NCBI GenBank assembly: GCA_964016885.1
Contig: OZ024747.1
Location: forward strand, 44,950,001-45,014,000
From: Eledone cirrhosa
Lineage: Eukaryota
Reading direction: 5' to 3'
DNA length: 64,000 nucleotides
The translations under genes were made by a program, and so were the position numbers. Below the pieces are notes generated by a model, which was given only the letters and a program-made list of their open reading frames with translations, was not told the DNA's origin and did no database searches. This document shows positions 1 through 14,181 of the stretch, piece after piece; position 1 is the first letter of the stretch, and every line of letters starts with the position of its first letter.

Positions 1-110
1 AAGGCAAAGTTAACCTCGGCGAGATTTGAACTCAGAATGGCAAGGGCTGTAACTCTGTGCGTCAAAGCATGGCGTCCGACCCTCTACCGATACTGCCAAT
101 CCACCGCCTT
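1..110 (-). mobile_element. tRNA-derived SINE family 1 (octopus OK-like), 5' part, cut by window edge
   Basis: The reverse complement reads GGCGGTGGATTGGCAGTATCGGTAGAGGG...CTGAGTTCAAATCTCGCCGAGGTTAACTTTGCC, with A-box and B-box-like motifs. It matches many other copies in the window. Confidence 0.85.
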
Positions 111-123
111 AAGCACCGTCATA

Positions 124-2342
124 TTACAAATAATAAATACATAAACATGAAAGATGTAAATTCATCCCCTAGGAAATTGGAAGTATAGTGCTGAAAGTTA
201 AATATTAGAGAAAGAATTCTGTTGCAATTAATACATAATATAAAGCAAAGAGAGCAGCTTGAATATTTAAAAAGCAGGGATATATTTGAATAATGTTATT
301 AATCATTCATATCTTTCTAATGAACTAAATACCTTCTGCTTATCTTCTTAGTCATATATCACTATGTGACATCACAAATCTTTAACATCTTTGCCATTTA
401 TATGATACTACTTAAAAGTTTAGTCTCAGAATATTAAAAGTTTACAAGACTGACCTCAAGAGGGTGAAAGTAGAATCACACTAACAACTCTACTAATCTC
501 AAGATATGCATGAAAGTTGTGCGTTTTATTTCTAGTTACTGTGTGTATAGAGCTAAAAATTAAATCTATGATTTCTATTCATATGGCTAAAAATGCATAA
601 AGAGGAAGTTTGTAAGTTCAATTCTGAGTTAAATGTGAAGTATAGGGTTGAAAATTAAGTGAAAAGGAAACTAATACTGCCAATAATACATAAGTTGAAT
701 TTTACTTGAGTGATGGTAAATTGTAAAAGTAAAACTCCACCATTACAGCTTCTACTGAAAGAATATAAATATTCTTTATTTATGGAGTAACATTTAAATC
801 TGAATGAAACATAATTCCACAAGCTGTTTATAAGCAGTTATTATGAACTCATGTCTCTTACTATTTAAAAGTACAAAAGTCTTTTATTCAATGCTTAACA
901 AAAATTAAATATTCTCTTGTGTTTAGAAATAGAAATTTTATGTTTAATTTATAATATAAAACCAAGTGCGAAGTAGTCAATGTGTATATATGTAAAGTTT
1001 GTTAAATATATATAATATAAATGATGAAAATAAACAATTACTTTTATGTTCAACATATATGCAAACATAAAAAGCAAATTGCAACCAATCATAAACTAAA
1101 CATTTGTCTATTTACATTTGAGCATGTAAAAGCAAACAATAGTATCATCTATATAGTTAGATACTGGAAAAAATCGAATATTTAATGACAATGAAAATAT
1201 GTGGCAATTTGTGATTATGTGTGAGTTCTGTAACATTAAAAAACGGTAGTTTTACTTTTGTAACATTGTGGAGTTAGCTATTTCTAACACTTTGAGAGCA
1301 CACAATAATTAAAGAAATAAAATAAAGACAGTATGGATATGGGCGAAAGTTTAGCAAGTAACGAAAGAAATTTTGTCACCTAGAAAAATGTCTGTTTTTC
1401 TAATTCTCAGAAAATGTCTCTGCAGTCAGTGTATTATTTTAGATATTGTCTTAGAGATGCTGGGTGATATTGAATCTTGGTTTAAGGTTCCAACCTGTAA
1501 GTCAGAATGAATCAGTTCTCAAAAGAACTAAATAAACAGTCATATTCCTACATTGGCTGACAAGAACTGGAAAAGCATTCAACTCATCTTAATCAGTAAA
1601 GTTCTTAGAAAAACTTGTGTATTTGTATATCAGCTGGCAGGACCAGTTCTAACAAAACCTGGATGTGCAAATTGCAGTCAAAGATTGGAGATATGAAATT
1701 GGTAAACATAGGTTCTGGTGAAAAATATTTTGTTCTTATAACATAACGGGATTGAATGTGAGACACTGAATGAAAACTTTGTGGTAGTTTGGCTATTGTT
1801 GACTAGTCCAAATTTGCCACAGGAGTGTGTTTCAAAAACTGTCAATCTGGTCTAAGAAAATTTGATGTCACAACTAATGAAATTCAAATTTAAAACATAG
1901 ATAATAGACTGATAGTGTTGGGGCCGAGGCGTTTTTCACAAAGAAGAAAGTTTAATCCTTAGTGAACTAAGAAGGAGAGGGTTAAAAACTAAATATGTGA
2001 ATAACAATCATACTGCAAATAATAAATGCATAAATATGAAAGGTGTGAGTTTGACCCCCAAGTAAATGTAAAATATATAGGTTGAACATTAAACATAAGA
2101 GAAGGAATACTACTGCAATTAATACATAATATAAAGCAAATGAGCAGCTTGAATATTTAAGAAGCTGGGATATATTTGAATAATGTTAGTTATATTAATC
2201 ATTCATATCATTCTAATGAAATAAATATATTCTGCTTATCTTCTTAGTCATATACTGCCATGTGACATCATAAATCTTCAACATTTTTGCCATTTATATG
2301 ATACTATTTAGAAGTTTTATGTCAGAATGTTAAAAGTTTACA
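124..2342 (+). repeat. Diverged ~325 bp direct repeat pair (124-446 and 2013-2342), plus a partial third copy near 590-690
   Basis: Shared blocks include TGCAATTAATACATAATATAAAGCAAA, GGGATATATTTGAATAATGTTA, TTCTGCTTATCTTCTTAGTCATATA and TTTGCCATTTATATGATACTA. Confidence 0.85.
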
Positions 2343-2391
2343 TGCACTGAATAAAGGACTCAGGGAAAATTGATGACAAATAGTGATGATG

Positions 2392-2581
2392 ATAATTGTT
2401 TCTACTTTTGGCACAAGGCCAGCAATTACTCAGTACATTACTGGTACTTTATTTTATCGACCCTGTAAGGATGAAAGGCAAAGTTAACCTCGGCAGGATT
2501 TGAACTCAGTCCATAAAGGGGCGTAACTATGCTGTGAAGCATGGCGCCCAACCCTCCACCGATACTGCCAATTCACCGCCT
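2392..2581 (-). mobile_element. SINE family 1, full-length copy
   Basis: Contains the family core GTACTTTATTTTATCGACCCTGTAAGGATGAAAGGCAAAGTTAACCTCGGC and ends in CACCGCC. Confidence 0.85.
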
Positions 2582-3389
2582 ATATGATAATGATGATGAT
2601 ATTAATGATGGCTGTATACCTCAAAGTTTGGCTGATACTGATAACTCAGAACAGTGCTTTGTAGGAAGACATATTTATTATTTGTAGTAGTAATTTGGTA
2701 GAGGGTAGAAATAGTGGGTTAAAGTAACCAAAAAAAAAAAAAAAAGCAAGTTATACAGTGGAAGTAGGATTGGAAATATTCATTAATAATCAGCCTACTA
2801 CGAAATAGTCTATTCAATTGGCTGATACATTGAAAGTCTTTGATACAAAAATGACAATGACACTTCATAATAGTTTGATCTTGTTAAAAATAGCATACAA
2901 TAAGTATACACGGATAGAAAAAGCATATAGATTTAGCCATACAAATAATTTATAGATATATGCATACTTATTTATTTACAAATATATATATATAATTTAT
3001 TTCAATATATATATATATGTATATATATGTGAGTACACACACATATGTATATAAACTGTTTTGATCTATATGCACATGACTAAATAAAGGCAATCAAATA
3101 AAAAGGAAACAAATAAAAAGGAAACAAAAAAAGGATGAACGTGGAACATAAATACTGGAGGAGAAATGAAAAATACAGTTTTATCATGTTGTGGGTCAAC
3201 CTAGTGTTATATATATATATTTTCTGCTGAATTAACTGTTTGGATGAATATTGTTAATATGAACAATTAATCATTACAAATAATTAACATGAATCTAGTT
3301 ATAACAACTTCAATCTAGTATGCATATATATAGATGGATAAATGGATAGATACAGTTATAAATACAATAAAATATAATTACAATATAAA

Positions 3390-4600
3390 TTCTATAGTAG
3401 AGATCATTAGCTCCCAGTCGTATTCTGATAATGAGATAGTTGTCTTGTTATTACAACATTTTATCGGCAGTATCTTTTGTTAAAATGGTTTGCAGTCAAA
3501 CCTCTATATAAAAAAAGAACAAGAAGTAGTGTTCACAGTTACCTTGTAGACCAAGCTTTTGGTTAGGAATTGCCCTTTAAGAGGACATAGGTTGCTCTTA
3601 GTGCAGCTGTAATTTGATGTGAGCCTCAAATTGTTTTGGCAATTATTTCTTAATTTGGCGATGCTTCATTAGGTTATTGTCTGTGAAATTTTCACAGTGT
3701 TTCTCCTGAACAATTTATAGTATTTGAGATGTTTGAAGGAGAATTTATTTAGGAGCCTGAAGGATATTTCTATAATTGGAGTATTTATAGTATTGGATTG
3801 AATTGGGGTTATACTAGTTAAATAATCACCTATTTTTTAGTTTGCTTCAAGAAATCGGTGCATTTTGTTTATTTTTAATTTTCTTTCTTGAACCAATTTT
3901 CAAGGGATTTTCTTATAATGGCAGGCTGATTTCTGAAAGCTTGGTCGTTCCAAGACAATGAATATATATATATATATTTTTTTTTTGGGGGGGGGGGGGA
4001 TGTATTTAAAATAGTTTAAAAAAAAATGATTCTGATGCGGTTGGTTTATTTGTTTAATAATAGAAAAACTTCTCATTAAGCTTTTTGAATAGACTAAATA
4101 TGCTATCAGATAAATCTAACTTCAGTTCAAGAAAGTTCACTATTTTTATTTGTTTTTCCACTTCCAGAGTCTATTGACATATCAGTGGGAGGAATGATTC
4201 TTAATAACAGTAATCTGTCATCTTGATAAAGACCTTCTTTTATGAATGGAAACCTTTTCTTTATTTTGTGTAAAATAAACAACCCAACTAGGAAGCTAAC
4301 TTCAATCAAGTCCTTCAATCCCATGCTGCACTTCATTATTCATGAGGTATTCCTATAAAATTTACAGGTTTTGAGTTGAATAGGTGTGGTGTTGGTGAAT
4401 AAACTAGCATTTGTTGGTTAATGGAAGCATGATAGTCACAGATGTCAAAGTGAAAGTAAAAAAAACATTCGTCTTTTCAATTATAAAATGAAACTCAGTT
4501 AAACCTTACTTTACTTTAAATGATCATAAAATAACTTCCCTCAACATCTTTCTAATAGCTTAACCAACTCATCAAATTCTGACATAGACATAATCAGTAA
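3390..4600 (-). pseudogene. Degenerate Penelope-like element (RT plus C-terminal GIY-YIG endonuclease), GLY(R)DD-type lineage
   Basis: Hand translation gives, in the correct order: FDICDYHASI (RT motif A), LVGLFILHK...GLYQDD (ORF 4127-4336), KLFRRNTVKIS, CPLKGQFLTKSLVYKVTV...YI(G)LT..F.KRY and LSEYDWEL. There are many stops and frameshifts and an internal deletion. Confidence 0.75.
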
Positions 4601-4739
4601 AAAGACATTAGATTCTATAATATCTAATATTATAGGTAAGTAAATGATGCTATTAAAATAGTGTCTAAGTAGTCATCACTTGCTCAAGTTGCTTTTTGCT
4701 TTGGCATATGTGACTATTATAACCCTCGTTTCAATCTCC

Positions 4740-6800
<2,061 letters not shown>

Positions 6801-9469
6801 TCATTATATTATCATCATCATTATCATCATCACCATCAAATAATTATTAAAAGTTATCAAACAATTATTATTATGGATTGGCAGAACTGTTAAAGAATTG
6901 AACAAACTTACTTGTGGTATTTGTTTTGGCTAGACAAATATTTAGTTAATGAAATCCAATATTATCTTATATGCAATATGAGATTTCAGTTCAAGGTTTG
7001 TATTTAAATTCAAACACTTTAAGAGAGATGGTTTTGGTTGGCTTGATGTTTAAAGGCCTAAGAGATTGAAAATTAAATCTGTCTTCAGATGGATACTTGT
7101 CTATCTATGGTAACTATCCCAGACTTTCTGTATCTGTTTCAAGTTTGTATATAAACTGACATATATAAAACAACATATTCTATGCAAAGATACAATGAAA
7201 TGCTGTGTCTATGTACTCAAGAAATTATTAAATTACTATATTTAGATCTTGTCTACAATCTGAAACCTAAGGAAATCTGATATTAAGATTTTTCAAAGAC
7301 TTTGTTTGGTTTTCTCATTTATTTTATTTATTAACTAATGGTAGGTAGCAGATGCTGTCTGGGTCAATAAAAAATCTCAAATGACTGTGAAACCAAAATT
7401 ACCTTGTACGCAATTCTCAAATCAAGTGGGTTGCTGTGAATTGGCAGATGCTCAAATAATATGACCACTAACAATTACTTATCAAAGTTAACAATTAAAG
7501 TTTAGAAAGTGTTTGTGAAACACTTGAGAAACAATAATCTAAATCTGACAAAACTGAATTATGAACCTGTTAAATAAGGTTTTCAGTTTGAGAAAAATAA
7601 TAATAGCCTCCACCCCACAAAAAGAAAACAACATTCAAATGATCATTATACACCAATGAAAATAATATACTCTGTGATTTAAGGAATTTTGAAAATAAGC
7701 AAGAATTGAGGGAAGATTTAGTAAAATAATTAACTTAATTATTGGCACATTAAGCTGATATTTGTAACATAACAAGAAGGTTCTTTGATAAAATTATGAT
7801 CTAAGATTTTGTATCAAATATTCAGAGGTGATCTGAAGTTGGTTATTATCAAAATTTCATATACATTATATGGTCTTCAAATGGAAACCAGAAGAGATGG
7901 AGGTTGTGACAGTGGGAGTTTGGTTCCTTTGTGTTTGGACCTGGTGCATATGTATATTGAATGTGTTACAGATGACACACATTCAAACTGAGTAGCTTTA
8001 TTATTATTATTATCAAGGATTTTCTGTATTCAAACTTTGAAATTAAAACAAACAGATTTGAACTTGACTGCTTGAGAATAAGTCTTGACCAGTCATCTTT
8101 AAACTCTTAGTTCCCCAGTGGCTGCCACTACTGACTGCCTCCCTGAAAAACATTATGATATTTTGACACAAGTTCCCTAAGCTGAATAGTGAAAATCGAT
8201 AGCTGTTTAATATGCTCATACGATTTATAAGTAAAAAAGATAAAAACACGAACTTTTCAGTGAAGTTTCAAAACTAAATTTTTTAAAGGATATTGCAAAA
8301 ATGTTCATTAAATTAAATGAAAAATATGATTTCCATAGACTTAGAGTTTATATCATTTCTGTATTTAGCGGATTTGTTAAAATGTTGACACTGCATAAGT
8401 GTTCGCCTCATATAATCTTACAAGTTACATATTACAAGCTCATCTTTTTAGGAAGAGGCTATGTAGCCAGTAAGTGTGTCAGACACATGAGTTGCAGCTC
8501 AAGTTAAGACAATTTGAAATCTTTTTCACCATCAATTATTAAAAAACAAGTTCAAATAATTTAGTCATCCATTCGTAATGTACATTACACTTTAGTTATA
8601 TACACAGCCATCTAGATGTAAATACATAAACAGATAGAGACAACAGAAGGAAAGGGCTGGTGAAACACTATAGCGATCACATCCCTTTAGGATTTACCGG
8701 TGTCATAGCCTATTCGATCTTTCAACTGTTTAAAAAAAAAATTAAAAAAAAATTTTTTAATGTTAATAAAATATATATACGCTGACTAAGTTTAGTATAT
8801 CATTCTTCTGATGTGGATGAAATAAGTAGTGAAACGCAACAAAATGAAATAAGTAGTCAAATCAACAAGGAGTATGAATAAATTATGGTCCTCCAGAGTC
8901 CTTCATATTTATGGTCTACTACTATCTACTTGTGGGAGATGGGAGGAATGGAAATAAAAGCAAACAATAAAGAATTTCTTTATCCCTTCTCTTTTTAATG
9001 TGGAGAACTTTAGTTTACTTTTACAATGTCATCTTTAGAGAATACATCAAACCAGAATACTTACTATTATTCCAGCCCTCCACATTATTACACCATTATT
9101 TAATCAACATTGCTGTATTGTTGCCGATTTTTTTAAAATGGCTCTCCTACCATCATATATTTTGTTTGTATTTCCTATTTGTTGTTGACATTTTGGCCAA
9201 CATTTATCTATTTATTTATTCATGTATTATTATTATTATGATTATTATTATTATTATTGTTGTTATTGATACAGATTCTTTCTGTATATACTTCATATAC
9301 AAGACCTTGATCTGTTGTATAAAAAACAAAACAAAACAAAAAATAACACAAAACCTCCCTGAAACAAAAGCACACGCACACACACAAAATATCCCAAAAT
9401 AAAGCACACAGACACACACAAACCCTCCCCCACAAAAAATAACAAGACAAAAAAACCCGTTATAACTTT

Positions 9470-9720
9470 TGTCTATTGCTCTCTTACAAAAGACGTTTTA
9501 CAAACACCTTTATTAAGCACTAGACATCAAAACCTAACCTCATAGACAAACAGCAATTTGGTAATGTTTAGCTAAAACAAACCGATTAAGCATTTTTCAT
9601 AGTTCTCGGTGGGGGTGAAAAAACACATCTATAGTTCCACAGAGGTTCTCAATCACATAAAACCAACAGAATTACAAAATGTTATGACAAATTTTCCGCA
9701 CTGATAACCAACAAGAAAAA
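9470..9720 (+). pseudogene. Possible very old PLE RT fragment
   Basis: YSSTEVLNHI followed by YD..FSALITN resembles the NS.EVL...TYDFSTLYT segment of some PLE RTs, but is heavily decayed. Confidence 0.3.
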
Positions 9721-9931
9721 TATAACAATTACAATGGACATACAAACAAATACGTCGAAAGAAATCATGGTCGGAAATTATTAAATTATAATTAAAAATG
9801 CAGATCAAAGTATTATTGTAATAAAAGCAATCAAAAGCTCATTAGGAGGAAACAAAATAGATTGTTTGTTATTGACTCATACAGGCAGTTAAAAGATAGG
9901 TTTTACAAACTGTTTGACAATAAATGTTTTT

Positions 9932-9964
<33 letters not shown>

Positions 9965-9974
9965 TTATATGTAC

Positions 9975-10005
<31 letters not shown>

Positions 10006-10269
10006 AGTACATATTAATGTATTAATGACTGGGTAGCTATCTATCTAACCACACACACACACACATGTATATAGAATACAATCACATATATGAAAAACTA
10101 ATGTGAAAAATGATAGATATTCTCAGTCACTCTGTTATGGCTTTGTTTTGACTATACCATTCCATGGACCCTTAACAGGGCTACTGTCATGACTTACACC
10201 AAGTCCTTGACATTTAATCCTGGTAGAGGCTATCCTTCTCCAGATGTAAGCAAACACAGTTGATTTCTT

Positions 10270-10395
10270 TGAGAGAGAGACGAGGAGAGAGATATGGGGA
10301 AAGAGAGAGAGATAGGGAGAGAGAGAGAGAGAGAGATATAAGGATGGGAGAGAGATATAAGGATGGGAGAGAGATATAAGGATGGGAGAGAGAAC
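10270..10395. repeat. (AG)n tract with three copies of a GAGAGATATAAGGATGGGA unit
   Basis: Directly visible. Confidence 0.9.
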
Positions 10396-10399
10396 CAAA

Positions 10400-10550
10400 C
10401 CCAGTACCGGACTGGTACATTTTTATCTACTTCGAAAGGATGAATGGCAAAGTTGACTGCGGAGGGATTTGATCTAAGTGTGCAGAGAGTTACACTAAGT
10501 ACTGCAAAGTATTCAATCCAATGTTCCAATGACTCTGCTAATTCACAGCC
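10400..10550 (-). mobile_element. SINE family 1, old copy
   Basis: CTGGTACATTTTTATC...GGATGAATGGCAAAGTTGAC..GGATTTGA. Confidence 0.65.
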
Positions 10551-10998
10551 TAGTATATAGACATCTAAATGTGTCAAATATTAATTAACTACTATATTTT
10601 AATTAACTACTAATATTAGCATAAATAATTTGCAATTTAGTATGTCAATTTCAGGATCTTTCAGTAAGTAATAGAGTATAGAGGCCCCTTGGATACATAT
10701 TTCCTTGTGATTGTTTAGATGATATAAATACCTTCTTATTAAGAACCCAACTAGACTTGAAAATCGACTGAAGGTATTTCTCATTTGTTCAATTTACTTA
10801 ACATCAGTATGAGTGGCTGGTTCGAACAGAAAGAGGTGTGAGAATTCTAGCTGGATATGTCCAGTTAAAATGCAATTATATTTTATGTTTTTCCCCCTTA
10901 TTTTGCTGTTGTTGAGGATATTGTTGAAAATAATTTGTTTTTCTTCTGATTCTCTGCGCTCTCTGTTCAAATCCCACTAAAGCCATCTTTGCTTCTCA

Positions 10999-11185
10999 AG
11001 GCGGTGGATTGGCAGTATCGGTAGAGGGTCGGACGCCATGCTTTCATGCATAGTTACGGCCCCTGCCATTCTGAGTTCAAATCCCGCCGAGGTTAACTTT
11101 TCCTTTCATCCTTACGGGGTCGATAAAATAAAGTACCAGTAATGCACTGGGTAATTGGTGGCCTTGTGCCAAAAGTAGAAATAAT
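10999..11185 (+). mobile_element. SINE family 1, young full-length copy
   Basis: Runs from GGCGGTGGATTGGCAGTATCGG through GTTCAAATCCCGCC to GGCCTTGTGCCAAAAGTAGAAA. Confidence 0.9.
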
Positions 11186-12559
11186 TATTTCAGGATTGAT
11201 AAATAAAGTACCAGTGCAATACAGGTAGATTGGCGGAACTGTTAAATCATGTTTGTTATTTATGTATATATTTAAAACATATTTGTAATGTTATTTATAC
11301 AACTGTGAATAAAATTGAAATCTATATCTACATATAATATAAAAGAGTGTTCTAAATGCCAGCTTATTAATGAGAAAGATTTTTATTTTACAAAATCCAT
11401 CCAAATTATGTATTATTTTCCAAATTCTTTGAAAATCCTAGGCAGTGTTTTTTATTGGAAACATAGTAAGAAAAGGTTTAAGTTATATTGCAAACATGAG
11501 TGTATTAACAAAATAGTTAGTTATGTTGTCACATCCTTACTAATTATTGTTATATTTTTGCATTTAATGATAAACAGTATATTTCCTTAGAAATATGGCA
11601 ACGAAAGGATTGAATTAATGATTATGAGGTGAATGGAAGAACCTATTAAATTTACTGTTGTATATTTCATCTCATATGGAAACAGCATCTTTCAGTGTTT
11701 TGGCTACATTGTTCCTTAATTTCCTTTGGAATGTGTGAAAGAGGTTTCCATTAATAGTTCAAAGTGGAGATGTGTGGGAATATTTTACACAGGTGAGAAC
11801 CTCTTTAACCTGTTGCAAGTCAGGAATCTCATAGGTGGGAGAGTAAAGGAAGAGAGAGAGAGAGGAGATAGAAAGGAAGAGAAGGGGGAGATAGATGGGT
11901 GGGTGGGTATGTGGGGGTGTGTGTGTGTGAAAGAATAGAAAACAGAGAAATCAACAAATAAAAGATGATGGAACTGGAAGTTACAGGAAGGAAGACGATT
12001 TATAAAACAAGAGGGTGATAAGGTGGGGGAGAGAAATGGAGAAATGATAGAGCCGAAGGGAATAAGAGAGGTGTTAAGAAATAGAATAACTTGTATGGAA
12101 TCTACAGATAAAGTATGCATTTATCATATTTCAGGAAGTTATTAATTTTACTTTTGAAGAAGCTAAATATTTTACTGTGGTTCTTTAGTTGTCAAGTCCC
12201 TTTTTCACTGAAAATCTTGAGAATATCTGTGAGTTGAAATAATTATCTCTTCCCTCAACAGACATAATCATGTGTGTGCTTCTGTGTCTGAGTGCATGTG
12301 TGTAAGTTTGTGCAAGTATGTTTGTTTGTTTTTTTGTTTGTGTGTGTGTGAGTTTGTTTGTGTGGGAGTGTGTTTGTTTAATTGTGTGTGTTTTTGTCTA
12401 TGTCTGAGTTTGTTTGTGTGTGTGTGTGTGTGTTTGTTTTATATTTTAATAATAATAATAATAATAAAAGATGCAAAGCAAACAAAAATTGTAATGATGA
12501 TAACCAGATAAAATTAATACAGATATTGATAATTATATATATATATATATATATACTAA

Positions 12560-12750
12560 ATAATTGTTTCTATTTTTGGCACAAGGCCAGCAATAATCAG
12601 TGTATTACTGGTACTTTATTTTATCGACCCTGTAAGGATGAAAGGCAAAGTGAACCTCGGCGGGATTTGAACTCAGACCATAAAGGGCCGTAACTCTTTG
12701 CTGCAAAGCATGGCGTCAGACCCTCTACTGACACTGCCAATCCACCACAC
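12560..12750 (-). mobile_element. SINE family 1, full-length copy
   Basis: Near-identical to 2392-2581. Confidence 0.85.
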
Positions 12751-13169
12751 TCACACAAATATATATACATGACCACTTTTCAGTATGGGCTGGATGCTTT
12801 TTTTGTGATACCAACATAACTTTACGGTGTAAGTGGATGGGTGGGTGTAGGGTGGTGGTGGTGTATAGAAAGGTGGTGTATATAAAAGGTACCTACGAGA
12901 TGTATCTTTGATATATGTATGTGTGTGCGTTAAGAGGTGTGCCAAGCAACTGAAGTTTAGAATGAAGTTATATCTGTATAAACACAGAATGGGTGGCTGA
13001 GACTTCATCATTGAGTGTAGAAATATACACATTTTTAATATATAGGTATGTCAACATATTGGAAATACGAATTGCTCTATAAACTGAAAAAGTGATGAAC
13101 ACTGTTAATCGATTTTTGGACCTAGTTGGGTTTTCATTAGACAACCTCCCACTGTAAAGGGGTTGGTGA

Positions 13170-13530
13170 TAAGGGCATCCAACCATAAAAAGCTTACCAA
13201 TCAAAAGCTTTGGAGAACCCATCAGGTATGTCAAGGACATGATTATATGATAAAAGCACCCAGTACTCACTGTAAAGTGGTTGCTGTTAAGAAGGTCATC
13301 TAGCCATAGAAATCTTGCCAAACAAAAGGTTGGGAGGACTCTTCAGTTGTGTCAACGATATGACAACATCTCTAGTGCTGGTGCCATGATAAAATGTACT
13401 TGGTAGAATGCAGAACCATATGTAAGCAAGGGGCAAACTCTGTCTGGGATCTCAGTGGCCCCATTTCAGTACTGAGTCTATGAAGACCCATCAAATTCTC
13501 CCTAGGAAGGAAAGTGGAAGTTAAATGATA

Positions 13531-13572
<42 letters not shown>
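13170..13572 (+). mobile_element. Old RTE-tail-type SINE or LINE 3' remnant with (GAT)n tail
   Basis: AAAAGCACCCAGTACTCACTGTAAAGTGGTT..GTTAAGAAGG.CATC.AGCC matches the RTE 3' UTR at 17250-17310, and a (GAT)n tail follows. Confidence 0.6.
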
Positions 13573-14061
13573 TATACATGCCTTACATACAACAACCTCA
13601 CAAACCATTACACGAATAACAATGGTTGAAAATAGTAAAATAAAAGACAAAGATAAACAAATGTAACAGAACAGTGCATGCACATGCACTCGCAGAACAC
13701 ACAATTACATGCATAAACACAACACACATAAATTGCATGCATATATACACACACATACACTCATAAGTACAGACTGACAGAGCAAAGTACAAAGAAAATT
13801 TGGACCCCACCCCCCAAAAAATGCATTGTCCCCCTCCCCTTCGCCAGAAAATAACACTCCCTCAGTAACCCCCAGCCCCCCAAATAGTGGCCCCCACCCC
13901 CTAAAAAAATTTACATGGTGATATGCAAAGAAAAGTAATCTCAATTTCTTTGTGTATGCACATAGCATATAACAGCTCATGTGGAAAGCTATCATTGAGG
14001 AATTTGCAATCTAAATTACTTGTAAGTGTTTCTAATGCATATGCATATGATATAAATATGA

Positions 14062-14170
<109 letters not shown>

Positions 14171-14181
14171 TATATATATAT

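Noticed and set aside
8650-8870. GAAACAC...GTGTC and CTGATGTGG...GAAACGC as hammerheads
   Set aside because: There is no complete CUGANGA with a pairing stem II in the correct order.
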